A program made the position numbers and the translations under genes. 64,000 nucleotides of DNA from Gekko japonicus (Eukaryota): NCBI RefSeq assembly GCF_001447785.1, contig NW_015163615.1:1004824-1068823 (forward strand), in the 5' to 3' direction. Positions 33,276 to 46,700 of this stretch are shown here, piece by piece (position 1 is the first letter of the stretch; each line of letters opens with the position of its first letter). A model generated the notes under the pieces. The model was not told the DNA's origin. It was given only the letters and a program-made list of their open reading frames with translations, and did no database searches.

Positions 33276-33520
33276 CTAGGGCTGGTGCAGGATGGAGCTG
33301 TTCAGCCTGTAATCCTCTTCCATATCCAGCAGGGTTTCAATTATCTCCTCATCCTCTGGGCTGTTCTCCAGGATTCTTCCGAAACTGCTCCTTGTCTCCT
33401 GGCCAAAGGCTGAAGCCTCATCTGGAGGCAACAGTTCTCTTTTGAGCCTGCTGATTTGCTGCAGTTCATCGAAGTCTGGCTTCCTTTGCACCTTTTCTGC
33501 TGGGCAAACATCTGAGTTTC
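33276..33520 (-). CDS. C3orf62: C3orf62 last coding exon
   Basis: NSDVCPAEK...[26 protein letters not shown]. Confidence 0.85.
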
Positions 33521-36500
33521 CTTCAGTGAAAAGATAAAAATGCAACAAATGTCAGTTCTTCTTCAACAGGTTGATTGAAAAGCTGATAGACATCTGGAGG
33601 GTAATGTTCAGCATGAACACAGAATAGAAAACAGAATGAGGATCACGAAACTGCGGAGGAAATCGGGTGAAGCTGCGGGTCAAATGCAGCCCCGCAGCTT
33701 CGGGTGTGAAATTGACCAATAGTATCGGGGCAAACGGCGGCACACCATCGAGGCAGCACTAGTGCGAAATCAGCCAGAATAACATTACTTCCAGTTTCTA
33801 ATATAACCAGCCTATTTTCATTCAGCTAACAAATATTGTATCTTTTCCAACTGTGTTAATGGAGAACCCACAACTTTCCACAGTCTGTTGTAATAGCTAA
33901 TGGATCCAAACTAAATTTTCCAATGGCAGAATGACCTTTCTTGCTTCTCCCCTCCAACCGTGGCCAACTGTGAAATGCTACTAATGGGGGATAGGGGGAC
34001 CCTAAGGAATGTGGTGGGGGGGGTGTCAGTTTAGTCTGGAGAGAAAATTGTTGTTTTAATCTTATTTCAAATATCAATGGGGATTATTCTTTTGAACACA
34101 CGGCAATTCATTCCACTGGTCTGTCAAGGCCAACATTGTCTACTCTGATGCACAGCAACTCTCCAGAGTCTCAGGGCCTGATCCTTTAAACTGGAGGTTG
34201 AACCTTCTGCACCCAAAGCAGATATTCTACCGCTGAGCCATGGCTGCACCCCGCAAATGGTTTCAGCTAAGCTTTATCAACTGCTGTCAGGAGCTTAGTG
34301 AAAATGAAATATTCTGAACAATGGATGCTAGTTTAAACACTGGGGCCTAAAACATGAAACTGTCTCCCAAGTATGAAACCTATCTCTAAAAGAGGTGGAT
34401 GGTTGGCTTTTTTGCCTTTCTATAATTTCCTGTCAGAATTACTTACCACAGTGCGCCTTGCAGTTATGCCTTTGGACATATTAAGCTGAAAGTTTGTGAA
34501 CATAATTTATACTCTAACCACAAGTTCTAGAACTATGCCATTAGCTTGGGTTGGGTGTGGTGGAGGGCTACTGGGGAAGGCAGAAAAGATCCACTTCTGC
34601 AAACTCCTTCTGTTCAAAGAGCTTGGATCCAGCCCATTGGAAATGACATGCAAGTTCAATTCACACTAAATCCTTAGTTGTGTTAACAATATTATGGAAC
34701 AGATCTCCATTCATCAGTTTGTTGCATATAAATCTGACTAACATCTGAAGCAAAGATTGATAAAGTCTCAAGGAGTTATTGTAAACTTTTATCTAACACA
34801 TCAGGTATTTCAGATTAGTTCTTCTATGTATTGTCCACAGTGAAGACCATAAAAAGCTTAAAATCATACATAAGAACATAAGAGAAGCCAATGTTGGATC
34901 AGGCCAATGGCCCATCCAATCCAACACTCTGTGACACAGTGGCCAAAAATGCCAGGTACCATTAGGAGGTCCAGCAGTGGGGCCAAGACACTAGAAGCCC
35001 TCTCACTGTTGCCCCCCCCAAGCACCAAGAATACAGAGCATCACTTGCCCCAGCCTGAGAGTTCCTATTTATACCTTGTGGCTAATAGCCACTGATGGAC
35101 CTCTGCTCCGTATGTTTATCCAATTCCCTCTTGAAGCTGTCCATGCTTGTAGCCACTGCCGCCACCTCCTGTGGCAGTTAATTCCATGTGTTAATCACTC
35201 TTTGAGTGGAGAAGTTCTTTTATCTGTTCTAACCAATACCCCCTCTAAGCTGTGGAGTCCTGTGAGCAAAAATTCTACTTTGTGAGCTACTGGCATTAAA
35301 GTTGTGAGTGAGCAATTTGGCTACTGCATAAATTAGTTTGCTCTGGAGCCATCCTTCCCAAGCTAAGACAAAAACGTGTGAGCTGGAGGCTGAAAAACTG
35401 TAAGCTACCTCACACTAACTCAGCTTAGAGGGAACACTGGTTCTAACCTGACTACTCAGCAATTTCATTGAGTGCCCACGAGTTCTTGTATTGTGAGAAA
35501 GGGAGAAAAGTACTTCTTTCTCTACCTGCTCTATCCCATGCATAATCTTGTAAACCTTGGTCATGTCACCCCTCAGCCATCATTTCTCCAGGCTAAAGAA
35601 CCCCAAGTGCTTTAACATTTCTTCTTAGGGAAACTGTTCCAACCCTTTTATCATTCTAGTTGCCCTTTTCTGCACTTTTTCCAATGCTATAATATCCTTT
35701 TTGAGGTGTGGTGACCAGAACTGTACACAGTACTCCAAATGAGGTTATACTATTGATTTATACAGGGGCATTATGTTACTGGCTGATTTGTTTTCAGTTC
35801 CTTCCTAATAATCCCGAGCATAGCGTTGGCCTTTTTTATTGCAGTCGCACACTGTCTCGACATTTTCATTGAGTTATCTACTACGACTCCAAGATCTCTC
35901 TCTTGGTCAGTCTCTCTCAGTTCGGACCCCATCAATATGTATTTATAGTTAGGATTTTTGGCTCCAATGTGCATCACTTTGCACTTGGCCACATTGAACC
36001 CCATTTGCCACGTTGATGCCCATCCTCAACAGATCCCTTTGGAGTGCCTTGCATAGAAGGCATACTTAATTTCTTAGGGATAAATCATTCCAACTCCTGA
36101 GGGCTGAGCAGAGTCTCCTGGTTAAGAAGTCAAAACCATGGAGCTCAGCTGTGAGTAGAATTTTTGCTCAGCTGGAATTTAGTCTATTTAAGTGTTTTTA
36201 CATGCTGCCTTCCAGCTAAAATGCCCCCAAAGCAGCTGACAATAATATCAAAAATTTACAACAACATTAAAGCAATTTAAAATAACAGTAAAAACAAGTA
36301 CCCTAAAACCAACAAACAACTGTCCCACAATCCATCAATTCATATCAAAGGCCTTCCAGGAATTTTTTTCCCTATTTTGAGTATATGACAGAAAAGCAAT
36401 ATATAACTATTTTAAACAAATAAAACATAGTGCAGGAATCCCTGTATGTCTTGAAGCAGTGTACCCTTGCCAGGACTTGAACCAAACAGCTTCTGATGCA

Positions 36501-37806
36501 CATACTTGTGAGCTTACCTCCCATTTCACCTGGGCTGCTCCTGTTTGTTCCAGTCCATATTGCTCTTCACATTAATAAGGATTTAGTAGGTGCTGGTAAC
36601 ATCATGTATCCTATTTTCCAGTATCTTTTGATAGTGGCCTGTTATGAATGTTCTTAAAATAGGGGTGTAAGTATTTGTATTGTGCTCTCATGCACATCAT
36701 AAATAAAAATTGGAAAAGACTTCCCTGTCCCCAGAGCAGAGCAAAAATCACTCACCATCCATATCTGCAAGATCTTTCGGGCACTCTAGAGGGATATCAT
36801 TGGCAGTTACACTTGTGTCTAGCTTTGTTGGCCTTTCATCAGTTTTTCTGAAACACACAAAAGCCGAGAGTACTTTGTAACTGAAAAGGACACATCCCTC
36901 TTTACCAGCAGTATACTCAACAGGGAAAGGATATTGTCATTCAAATAAATAGCAAGCAGTACAGTTCTTGACTTTCTGATTATTTTAGAATGTATGCACT
37001 GGTATGGCCATTACTGTATTAAAATCTGGCTCGTATGCATAGGGTTGTCAGGGCTGGAAACAGTCTACAGTGGCTAGTAGCTATAGAAGAGACTAATCCT
37101 TTGCAGTGCTTGGACAGGGATTGGGAAGGAAAAAAGAATATCCAAACCACAAGAATTCTATGGTTTATATAGTCAAGGTTACAAAATAGAGGAGATCCAT
37201 GGTCTAATGCATAACTCCATAGAAGGAGAGCAAGTTCAAGTATTTTGATACATGATGCAGGAGGGTTACTCCTCATTGCTATATTTTTATCATTGGGAGC
37301 ACCATGTCAATTTTCCTCCTCCAACACCAAAGTGTCTTGGGTCACCCCTTTGGATCAGCAAAAAGCCAGATGAACTACCATCAAAATAGAAGTTAATGAC
37401 AACAAAAAATTACACCTGTGACAGGTAAAGCATACCCAATGAGAAACTGCCTGTCAGTCATGAGAACCGGAGGATGTAGACATGTATTTTCCTTGCTTAT
37501 CAATGGCTCCCGTTTTGAAGGAGTGTTGGAGGTTGTGATCAGGAGAGTGAAATTTGTCTTGAGAGGATTCTCTTTTTCTGGAACAGATGAATCTGATAAA
37601 AGCTGCTGAGGAAAACATACAATGGGCTCTTCTTTGTGACTAATGAGTTCTTCATTGGAAGCCGTTAAGGATTCCACTGTCAGCAAGTCAAAATCCAGGT
37701 TGGTGGTACTATCTGAGGAGTGATGGAGAGGAACTGAGAGATCTTCCAATGCTCTGTCAATAGCCGCTGTTAGCTCCTTCCGGCATCTGCTTAACTTTTC
37801 AGACAT
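33276..37806 (-). CDS. C3orf62: C3orf62 (MAPS) orthologue, 3 confident coding exons (about 235 aa from ATG 37806)
   Basis: Exons 37811-37436, 36847-36756 and 33520-33276 splice in phase. Motifs [43 protein letters not shown] and [12 protein letters not shown] match recalled human C3orf62. Lies downstream of USP4 on the same strand, as in human. Confidence 0.88.
34868..36050 (-). mobile_element. CR1 LINE 3' portion
   Basis: [12 protein letters not shown]...ERDLGVVVD...[16 protein letters not shown]; CATAAGAACATAAG tail. Confidence 0.9.
35234..35439. mobile_element. hAT MITE nested in CR1
   Basis: 8-bp TSD GTTCTAAC; subterminal inverted repeat CCCTCTAAGCTG / CAGCTTAGAGGG. Confidence 0.85.
36756..36847 (-). 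CDS. C3orf62: C3orf62 middle exon
   Basis: [30 protein letters not shown]; 92 nt, phase 2 to 1, gtttcag/gtgag. Confidence 0.82.
37436..37806 (-). CDS. C3orf62: C3orf62 main N-terminal exon
   Basis: [24 protein letters not shown]...[20 protein letters not shown]; ctttcag acceptor (exon start 37811), gtatg donor. Confidence 0.88.
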
Positions 37807-39456
37807 CTCACCTGAAAGGGGGAGAACTCTCATTATCCAGGTTTTTTGTTTCATAAGAGTCCCTTTCAGTCATTGTGTTTTTGAAGATACTACCTCACAT
37901 ACTGGGACAGCACTCTACCAGTAATCTCCCCAATATGTGCTATTGACAGTTTGTGTAAATAGGGCAATGTGCATATTTTCCAGCTTTGAAGCACATGCAC
38001 ATGGTCAAGTTGTGATGTTTGTTGCAGATACACATTTGCTTATACTGAAGCTTGAGAATATGGGCACTGCCCTGTTCATACAAAGTGGCAAACACACATC
38101 ACAAGGCAGGAGCACCAGAAATGGAACAACTGAACACAACTAAGAAATGATGCAGGTGGAGCAAATGTACAAAGTAGCTAAAGTTAATACCAAAGCTGCC
38201 ATTCCCTCCTGGTGCTGTTCAGTCAGCCCCACCCTAAGTTTTGTTATTAGGTGCTAACTATGTAATATCTCCATGAAAAAGCAATATAATCTTGACAGAT
38301 ACGTGCCATTCTACAACTATTTCTCATAGCAATCACTGATTTTCCACATGCATGTTGGACCAAGCATTAGCTGAATTCTGGTGGCCAACAGGACTGCCCT
38401 AAATGTGTAACAGTGTACTATATGAGGAAAGCTGTTTTGTCAGTGTAGTGTAGTGTATGGGGCACTGGACAAACTACAAAAGCATGGGTTCAAAGTCCCC
38501 CTCAACCATGAAAACTGCTGAATGGCCTTCGGGTAGCCACTAGGTGTCAGCAGAACCTAGTTTATGATAGCTGTGATAATAAAATGGAGAAAGCCCCCCA
38601 CATGTTAGCCTTTGTTGAGAAGGAGAACAGGACCAAAAAAAATCATCCCTAAACTATTTAGTAACATCAGCCTCCATGGTAGATACTGAAGTCCACGGAC
38701 ACACCATGTTGCTTGCTGTACATCCATCTACAGTTTAATCATACTCAGTATTGATTTTTACTTTCAACTTTTATTAGCCTTTGTTCCACTATTGACAATC
38801 TTTCCTGAAGGATCTCTTGCCCTGGCAGGAACCCCAGCACTATGGCCTACATTAGCTAAGATTATGTTCTTGAGCCCCAGTTAATCACTTTAGGGAAACC
38901 ATTAGCCACTCACAGCTACTAAGCAAATTGGAGCATCTCACCTTCTTCTAGAGGCATGCAGTGAGAGGATAAAAAAAATCAACCCCTTTAGCTCTAAACA
39001 GCCTGAATGGACTGCCTGGGTGGTGTTAACAAGTGTCATGGGACCATGAATCCATGTTAAGTGTTCCTTTGAATATGTGCCCTTTCTAACACATGAAACC
39101 CTCTAGCCAAATCAAGTTTTAATGTTTCACCTTTTATTGAGTTGTCCCAACAGCAAGACAAGAGTAGAATAAAACAGCAATTGCTCAAAAACTTTTGATT
39201 AGTAAAGATGTCATCAGCTTGATCTATAGGCTCTCAATTGACAGACTGGTTCCATCTCCCCCCCACCCCCCGTTGAAAGTTTCAACTGTCATGGAACCTT
39301 TGCCTCTGCTAGAACTTTCTCCCTAGAGTGTACTCACTGCATTTCAGCCAGTAGAATAAAGAAAAGCCAAAATGCATTTCAATTATCGTTAAATAAAATC
39401 CCATTATTAATCATCCCTCTTCCATCTGGGACCTTATTACCTTTAATATAGCTCAC

Positions 39457-39517
39457 CTGGAGCAGTGTGCCTGGTCTTTATTACATAACCATTCCTCTGT
39501 CTCCTAACTCTGAACAT
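39457..39517 (-). CDS. C3orf62: Candidate upstream coding exon of C3orf62
   Basis: ATG at 39517, MFRVRRQRNGYVIKTRHTAP, strong CAG|gtgagc donor in phase 1, joining in frame to GT GAG ATG at 37811. Confidence 0.45.
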
Positions 39518-40604
39518 TTCTTAATTAATTCAGTTTTGCCCTTTTCACTAGGATTCTCTCATGTACTTAGATAATATAGGTTTACTCCTTCTCTACTTTG
39601 AAATACGGAAAAAGTGAAACTTTACTGCGTTAAGTCATGAATCATATCTACTTTTTTTACAGACAAGAATTTGAGGCTGAAAAATTTCAGTCAATGCTGC
39701 CAGCAAGTTTATGGATAAGCAAAAAATTTAGCAATAGCTCAGAGTCTATGCTTCCAAAGTAGTCATATACCGCACTGCTTGTAAAGAGAGTTGGAGAACC
39801 CTATATTAGGCTACCTCTGGCATAGTCATGTGAACTACCCATTTTGCAGAGCCCTATGAATTCAGAGTAACTTGGAATCTTGTATCTGTGTAGCAGATAC
39901 AAAAAAAAGAACCACATACTGTGGGAGAACAGCTAATATAAAAACTCACACAGACTGATCTTGTATACACAGAAATATCCCATTGAATGCAATGGGATTT
40001 ATTCTCAAGCAGACTGATGAATAATGAACCATGTTTCTTCCCGGCCTAGGACAATGGCCAAAGAATTTAACCAAGACACGTGCCTTGGTTGGTCTTTGTC
40101 TGAACTTTCTTGCTACAGAATGAATAGGCATGTTGCAGGCTGAAAAGAGATTTCTAGATTGTAAGGTGGTGATGCATAATGTAAAAAATAAAAATAAAAC
40201 TCCTTTAAATGTACTTATTCTTCAGTTGCTTGATACCCCCCCAAAAAAACCCCCCTCTTAAGTGCTAAATTATTTGATGAATTAACATATCTAATGCTCA
40301 GCATGGCCAAATCTGAATACTGAAATCCAGAGATTGTAGCCATGGATAGACAAGGCAGATCTTTCTACAGACCTGAAAAAATGACCCAGGTTTACAGAAA
40401 CCATAAATTGGGGGGGTGGGGGGGAGAGCAGTGCCTAGAGCTTTAAGAAATTAACACCCTTTCAATGGGGCACTGTGGATGTTGTTTGGCACCCACAACA
40501 GTATTGCCGGTCTTCAAGCCTTGATTTTTGTCAGAATAGGATAGGGGAGCCCTTTCCAAAGTTGTTTTGACCTATGAGGGAGGAATCATTGGAGCCAGGC
40601 CTGG

Positions 40605-40730
40605 CAGCAATAACCAGGCAACTTGCTACCATGTGCTTCCAGGACTGGTAAAAGTAACCACCCCATGAAAGCCAGCAATAACCAGGCAACTTGCTACCAT
40701 GGGACTGGTAAAAGTAACCACCCCATGAAA
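40605..40730. repeat. Tandem duplication, about 60-70-bp unit x2
   Basis: GCAATAACCAGGCAACTTGCTACCATG...GGACTGGTAAAAGTAACCACCCCATGAAA repeated. Confidence 0.9.
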
Positions 40731-41489
40731 CCCAGTATTGTGTGGTGGTTAGGGTTTCAGCACAGGATCTGAGAGTAGGATTGCCAGCTGATGGCTGGCA
40801 CCTGGTGGGAGATGGGGTGGGCTCATGGTGGCACTGGTGGCACTGGTGGCACAATGGCATGATGTCATTTCTGGGGAAAACCTGGAGGTGAAGTCATGCT
40901 GCTCTAGGAATGTCAAGATTCCTAGATCAATGTGACACCATGTCTGAGCCAATTTTTAATTAACTGTCCTGTTGCCACCTGACAGAGTGGTGGTGGAAAG
41001 GGGGGGGGTTGCTGGTGGGAGGTCTCCCACCATAGCAGAAGACCTGGCAACTGTAGCTGGTAGACCCACTTTGCTGTGGAAGCTTGCCAGATGACCGTGG
41101 GCTAGTTACACATTCTCAGCATAACCTCCTTCACAGCGTTGTTGTGAGAATAAAATAGAGAATGTTGACCATGCAACTGGCTATAGATTTCCTGGGTACA
41201 GGCTGCTAGTGGTGGGGAGGAAGGGAAAGCGGAAGACAAGGGAGCAGTAGGGTTGGAAACTCCAGGTTAGGAAATCCCTGGAATTTTGTGGACAGAGCCT
41301 GGGAAGAGTTTGGAAATGGAGGAAATTCAGCATGGATGTGATGCCATAGAGTCCACCCTCTGAAGCTGCCATTTTCTCCAGGGGATCCCTGTAGTCTGCA
41401 GGTCAGTTGTTGTTCTGGGAGACCTCCAGGTCCCACCTGAAGCAGATAAAAGTTGGTTGGCTGATGGGTGAGGAGAGAAAGAAGCAGGA

Positions 41490-41539
41490 NNNNNNNNNNN
41501 NNNNNNNNNNNNNNNNNNNNNNNNNNNNNNNNNNNNNNN
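41490..41539. other. Assembly gap (50 N)
   Basis: N run. Confidence 1.
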
Positions 41540-41900
41540 TAGTGTGTGTGGGGGGGGAATGGGAATCCCTTAAAAGTTCCTGCAGATCCCTCACTTGTCC
41601 AGTTCTAAGTTAAGAGTATTAAAGAATGCAAAGCTCTTAAAGTCTTAACAAGTTAAAGCCCCAGGAAAAATTGAAGAGATAGATTGGTGGGGGTTGAGCA
41701 GTATAAACAATAGTTCCCCTCATTGCAGAAAGGAGCCCAGAAAGAAGTTACTGTTTTCAAGGATGTGTTTTATCACGCTATTGTGCTTAAAAAATACAAT
41801 AATCTAAAAAGTCCTATGTCATAAATGGCAGATAGGGGCTTAATGGTTAACCCTTCAACCTAACTACTCCCTTTTATGAACAGTCTCCAAGTCAATTTCT

Positions 41901-42321
41901 TTTTTTTTAATAAGTTTTTATTGATTTTCAAACATTAATAACACACAAACAAAACAAATATAAACATATACACCCACCACCCACATAACCCACTCACTAG
42001 TATTTCGCTCCATGTTTAGTTACTAGTTGAATGTATATTTTCTACAGTTCTTCCTATTTTCACGTCTACTATTCTCAGATATCAAAAAGCAGAATGGTAT
42101 ATCCTATTGAAAACACAACTCAAAAATCCTCTTTGTTTTCACTTAAATTGCTCAAATTCTGCAGCTAAACCACTCACATTAATCAATTAAATTGTGAAGT
42201 TAATATAATCATATTATAAATCATAAATAATATACTATTGCATATGTAATTCCCTCTTCATTTTACAGTTGAAACTAAATTACACGCAACCTCAATAATA
42301 ATGACTACAAACTTTAAACTG
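41901..42321 (-). mobile_element. Short 5'-truncated L1-type 3' UTR insertion
   Basis: 18-bp TSD GTCTCCAAGTCAATTTCT (41883, 42322); polyT and TTTATT at the left end. Confidence 0.8.
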
Positions 42322-43705
42322 GTCTCCAAGTCAATTTCTAACAGCTGCACAGTATTCCTCGACTTAACATTAATTGTGGGTTAGAATGTCTTTTTTGTTG
42401 TTGTTGTCTAATGCTTCAGGCCTAAGCACGCATATCAAAAAATAAATCTCATAGAATTCAATGGAATTTACAGGTAAACATGATGGATCTGTTTCTGCTT
42501 CCTAGGGGTAGAATCTATTAGTGACTGCACTGTAGACTCAGTAGCTTTCATATCAGAGGGCTTTGAAATCAACTTGGGTTCAAAATTAGCCTTTACCAGG
42601 TCACATATTACAGAGTCCCCAACCTGTGTCAGATGTACTATAATCACACACAAGCTGTGGATTCAGTTCCTGCCTATGCTGTGCCTGATTAAAATTAGGA
42701 CTGCAGTATATGTGGGGAAGAGGCTTCAGTCTCTTCCACCAGCCATTTGTCTATACCGAAAGAGTCTGAGTAGTGCTGTTTGGGGAAACCTGTGTGTCCT
42801 CTGCAAAGGTGACAGGCAAGAAGCTGAGTCTGGGGGAGAATCAAAACAACTATTTGTATGTCACTGCTCACTTAGACAGTACTTCTACTGAAGTATTTAC
42901 ATCCTGCCTTTTAATTAACTCTGTCAAGATGGCTAATGAAAAGGTAATCTAAAAACAAATTAAATTCCCCTAAAAAGATGATCTGATGAAGACTTACAGG
43001 ACGCAATGAGAGACGTAGTACATCCGGGACCCTGTGACCTGTTTATACAGATCTGGAAAGTTTCACTGGACATTTTTTCCTCTCCGTTGTTTGTTTGTAC
43101 TATTCTGACAGAGATTGTTGTTATTCATTGTAGAGTGATTTGTACTAAGATATATAAATATATACAAGTATGAGTTGGACTTAACAACTGTATTTGTATG
43201 TATATATTCTGTTAATTCTTTTACGTCTTTCAGCAGCATTTTGTACTGAACACTATTAACTATTATTGAAGCATTTTGAAAAGAAGACAAGAGATTGGTT
43301 TTGATCTTGTTGTGAGAGCTGAGTCTTAAGTGTCACACTTTGTTGTCCACCAGCATTCGGTTCTTTCACCAGTGCTCTTTATTATGCCACTGAATTAGAT
43401 TATCCATAGCTTTAAAGTTTGGCATGGATATGCTATTGACAGTCTTGGACATTGTGAGTAAAAAACTTTATTTTGGAGTCCCTCCGGGGATTAAAAAAAA
43501 GAAGAAGCTGAAACTGAATTCAGACAAGATGACAGTACTGCTGGTGGGGAAATCCAATATTCTGGATGGGACTGATCTGCCAACTTTAGGGAGGGAACAA
43601 CTATCTTTAGCTGATCACATGGACCCCTGGAACTAGCCCTCCCAATGGAGAAGCAGGTTGGAGCAGTAGCCAGAGTATCTTCTTTCACCTTATTAATAAA
43701 CTATG

Positions 43706-46700
43706 CTCAGGGAGAACGCAGCTTCAGCACGATGAGACGGTCGCTCTGGAGAGCACCGGCCACTTCTGGGTTCATTTAAAGGGTCTTTTGAATCATCGGA
43801 GACCCCCCACTCCCCCGGCGCCATTTTTTGCCCGGCCAGCCTTTCAAGCAACATTGGGGACCAGGGGAAGTGAGCCAGGAAGTTTCCTGCTATAACAACT
43901 TAAGAGAAGCCAATGCTGGATCAGGCAGACTGTAGAGACCCCTTTTCAATGCTCTCAATTATTACCCCAACTGGGACAGGGTCTGGAACATTAGGAAACC
44001 CTTTACAAAAAATTTTTAGGGGTCTCAGAAAAATAAAATTGATTTGGAAAAAAATAAAATAAAGGGGACTACTACTATAAATGAACTATTAACTGAAAGG
44101 GACTCCAGGGAAAAGCTGCAACTTTATTAATTGTGGAGCACCAATAAATTGCTTGAAAAATTGCCCCCCCATAGACATTTGGACTTTGAATTAATAGGCT
44201 AGAGGGGTGTTGCGAGTTATATTGACCTTGAGACGCATATTTGTAGTTTATGGTGAAAACATTGAGCTGGAGAAAACTTTAAACAATCAACTTGGCTATT
44301 AAAAACAAGATCTGGGCAGTCAGCCAGGGCAGTCAGCCAAAGATTTTTGGGGTTCCAAAACAATTGGTATGAAAAGAAAATAAGTATTGGAGCTAAAGGG
44401 GAAGAAAAATTTAGGCTATTTGCCAAAAGTTAATTAACCCAATAGATCTATTGAACGTGTCTTCAAGATGGCAGGTCAAGCAACACAAATTAAAACAGTT
44501 AAAACTCCAGCTCCTTCACTAGGAATTTCTGGCTCTACCACCTCTAAATTTTCAGCGCCTGCACAAAAAGAGATGCAGGCGTTGGTCCAAGCGACTATTT
44601 TAAGCTCAATTAGTAATGCGGTCAAACCATTCAAAATCCCTATGGAGGAAATTCGGACTTCTATCATGGAAACAGTGGATCCCATTAAGAATGCGATGAA
44701 AGAAATAACTGAAAAAATTTCTACAAGTATGCAGGCACTTCAAAAACTAATAACAGATAATACTCAAAAGATTACTGAACTGAATACCACAACAGAAAAA
44801 ATAGAAGTCAAAACAAAAGAAATGGAGACTAAGATTTGAGACACAGAAGCGAGAAAATCTACTTTGGAGCAAGATGTCACGAGACTACAGGTTGAAAGGG
44901 CTGCCTTTGTATTAAGATTCCAAAATATGCCTGAAGAAAAGAATGAAGACCTTCTTTACAAAATGGCCAAACTATTAGCTGAACTAATGAACATGGAAGA
45001 AGTGGAGATTACTCAAGAAATTGCTGTTGCTTTTAGAATGTATTCAGTATGTACAAGAAGATTTCAATTACCAAGAGAGGTCCAAATTCGCTTTCACAAG
45101 AGGGCAGTCAGAGACAAGATATTGAGAGAAGTGAATGCATCACCATTGATGATGCATAAAACAGAAATTAATGTCTTAAAAGAAATTCCTTGGAGAGTCA
45201 CAGAGAAAATAATACACTGATTTGACAGCAGTGTTGAGAAATAACAACATATCCTACAGATGGCTTCTACCTGAAGGATCTTCACCTTTAAAGGCAAAAA
45301 CAATACATAAAGATCAAGCAGAATTTTTGTCTAAAAGACAAATAAAGAACAATCTAAGATGTATTATAGACGTTATAGAGTACTATGAAGCACATCCAGA
45401 AAAGCAACTGGCTTTGATATTTTTGGATGCAGAGAAGGACTTTGATAACGTTAACTGGACTTTTGTATTGGAGACTTTAAAAATGGCTCAGGCCAGAGCG
45501 GACTTCATTAGGATGATTCAAGCCATTTATACTAAACAGAACGCAACTGTTATGATCAATGGAGATCGGACAAAAAACGTTGAAATTCAAAAAGGGACGA
45601 GACAAGGTTGCCCTCTATCACCGCTTTTATTCATTTTTGCACTTGAAATACTTAATGATTCAATTAGAAGTGAAAAACAGATCACTGGATCACAGAGGAC
45701 AAACTATTAGCATTTGTGGATGACGTAGTATACATTTTAGAGAATCCGGTGGCTTCTATATATACTTTGAAGAAGAAATTACAAGACTATGGACAAGTAG
45801 CAGGCTTGAGAGTGAATATTAATAAAACTAAGATTATGACTACAAATATGGATACAAAACAGGCGAAGAAATTACAAGAAATCTCAAACTTCCAGGTATA
45901 AGAGAAAATAAAATATTTAGAAATTATGATGACAAATAAATGCAGTGCATTACAANNNNNNNNNNNNNNNNNNNNNNNNNNNNNNNNNNNNNNNNNNNNN
46001 NNNNNNNNNNNNNNNNNNNNNNNNNNNNNNNNNNNNNNNNNNNNNNNNNNNNNNNNNNNNNNNNNNNNNNNNNNNNNNNNNNNNNNNNNNNNNNNNNNNN
46101 NNNNNNNNNNNNNNNNNNNNNNNNNNNNNNNNNNNNNNNNNNNNNNNNNNNNNNNNNNNNNNNNNNNNNNNNNNNNNNNNNNNNNNNNNNNNNNNNNNNN
46201 NNNNNNNNNNNNNNNNNNNNNNNNNNNNNNNNNNNNNNNNNNNNNNNNNNNNNNNNNNNNNNNNNNNNNNNNNTGGCATGCATTTTTATGGTATGGGAAG
46301 GCAGCTACGCAAAAGTACTTTAAGCAACATTGGCTTCGAGCATCTTTATTGAAAGTTTGGGAAATCATACACAAACAATTCTATACTAAAAACTAAAAAT
46401 TGATCGCTCCTTTGGAAGCTATTATGCTACCGAATATAAGGAGGAGAAACCAAGAAGATACCAGGATATTCTGGATTCCAAAGATGAACTGAAACCGTTA
46501 AAGGACTTATCGTGGTGGCAAAGAGCCCAAATAGAATCCAGATATGCTAAAGATAAGAAAATAGGCTTTTATGACAACTTATTAGAGATTGAAAAGATTA
46601 TGAGAACTACTGATCAAAAACTTATAAAAAGGATCTGTACGCTTCTACTTAATGAAACAGTTAAAGGAAATATGATCCAATGAGCTCAGAATATAGGTCA

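Noticed and set aside
45787-46396. Long ORFs containing X runs
   Set aside because: Created by the N gap.
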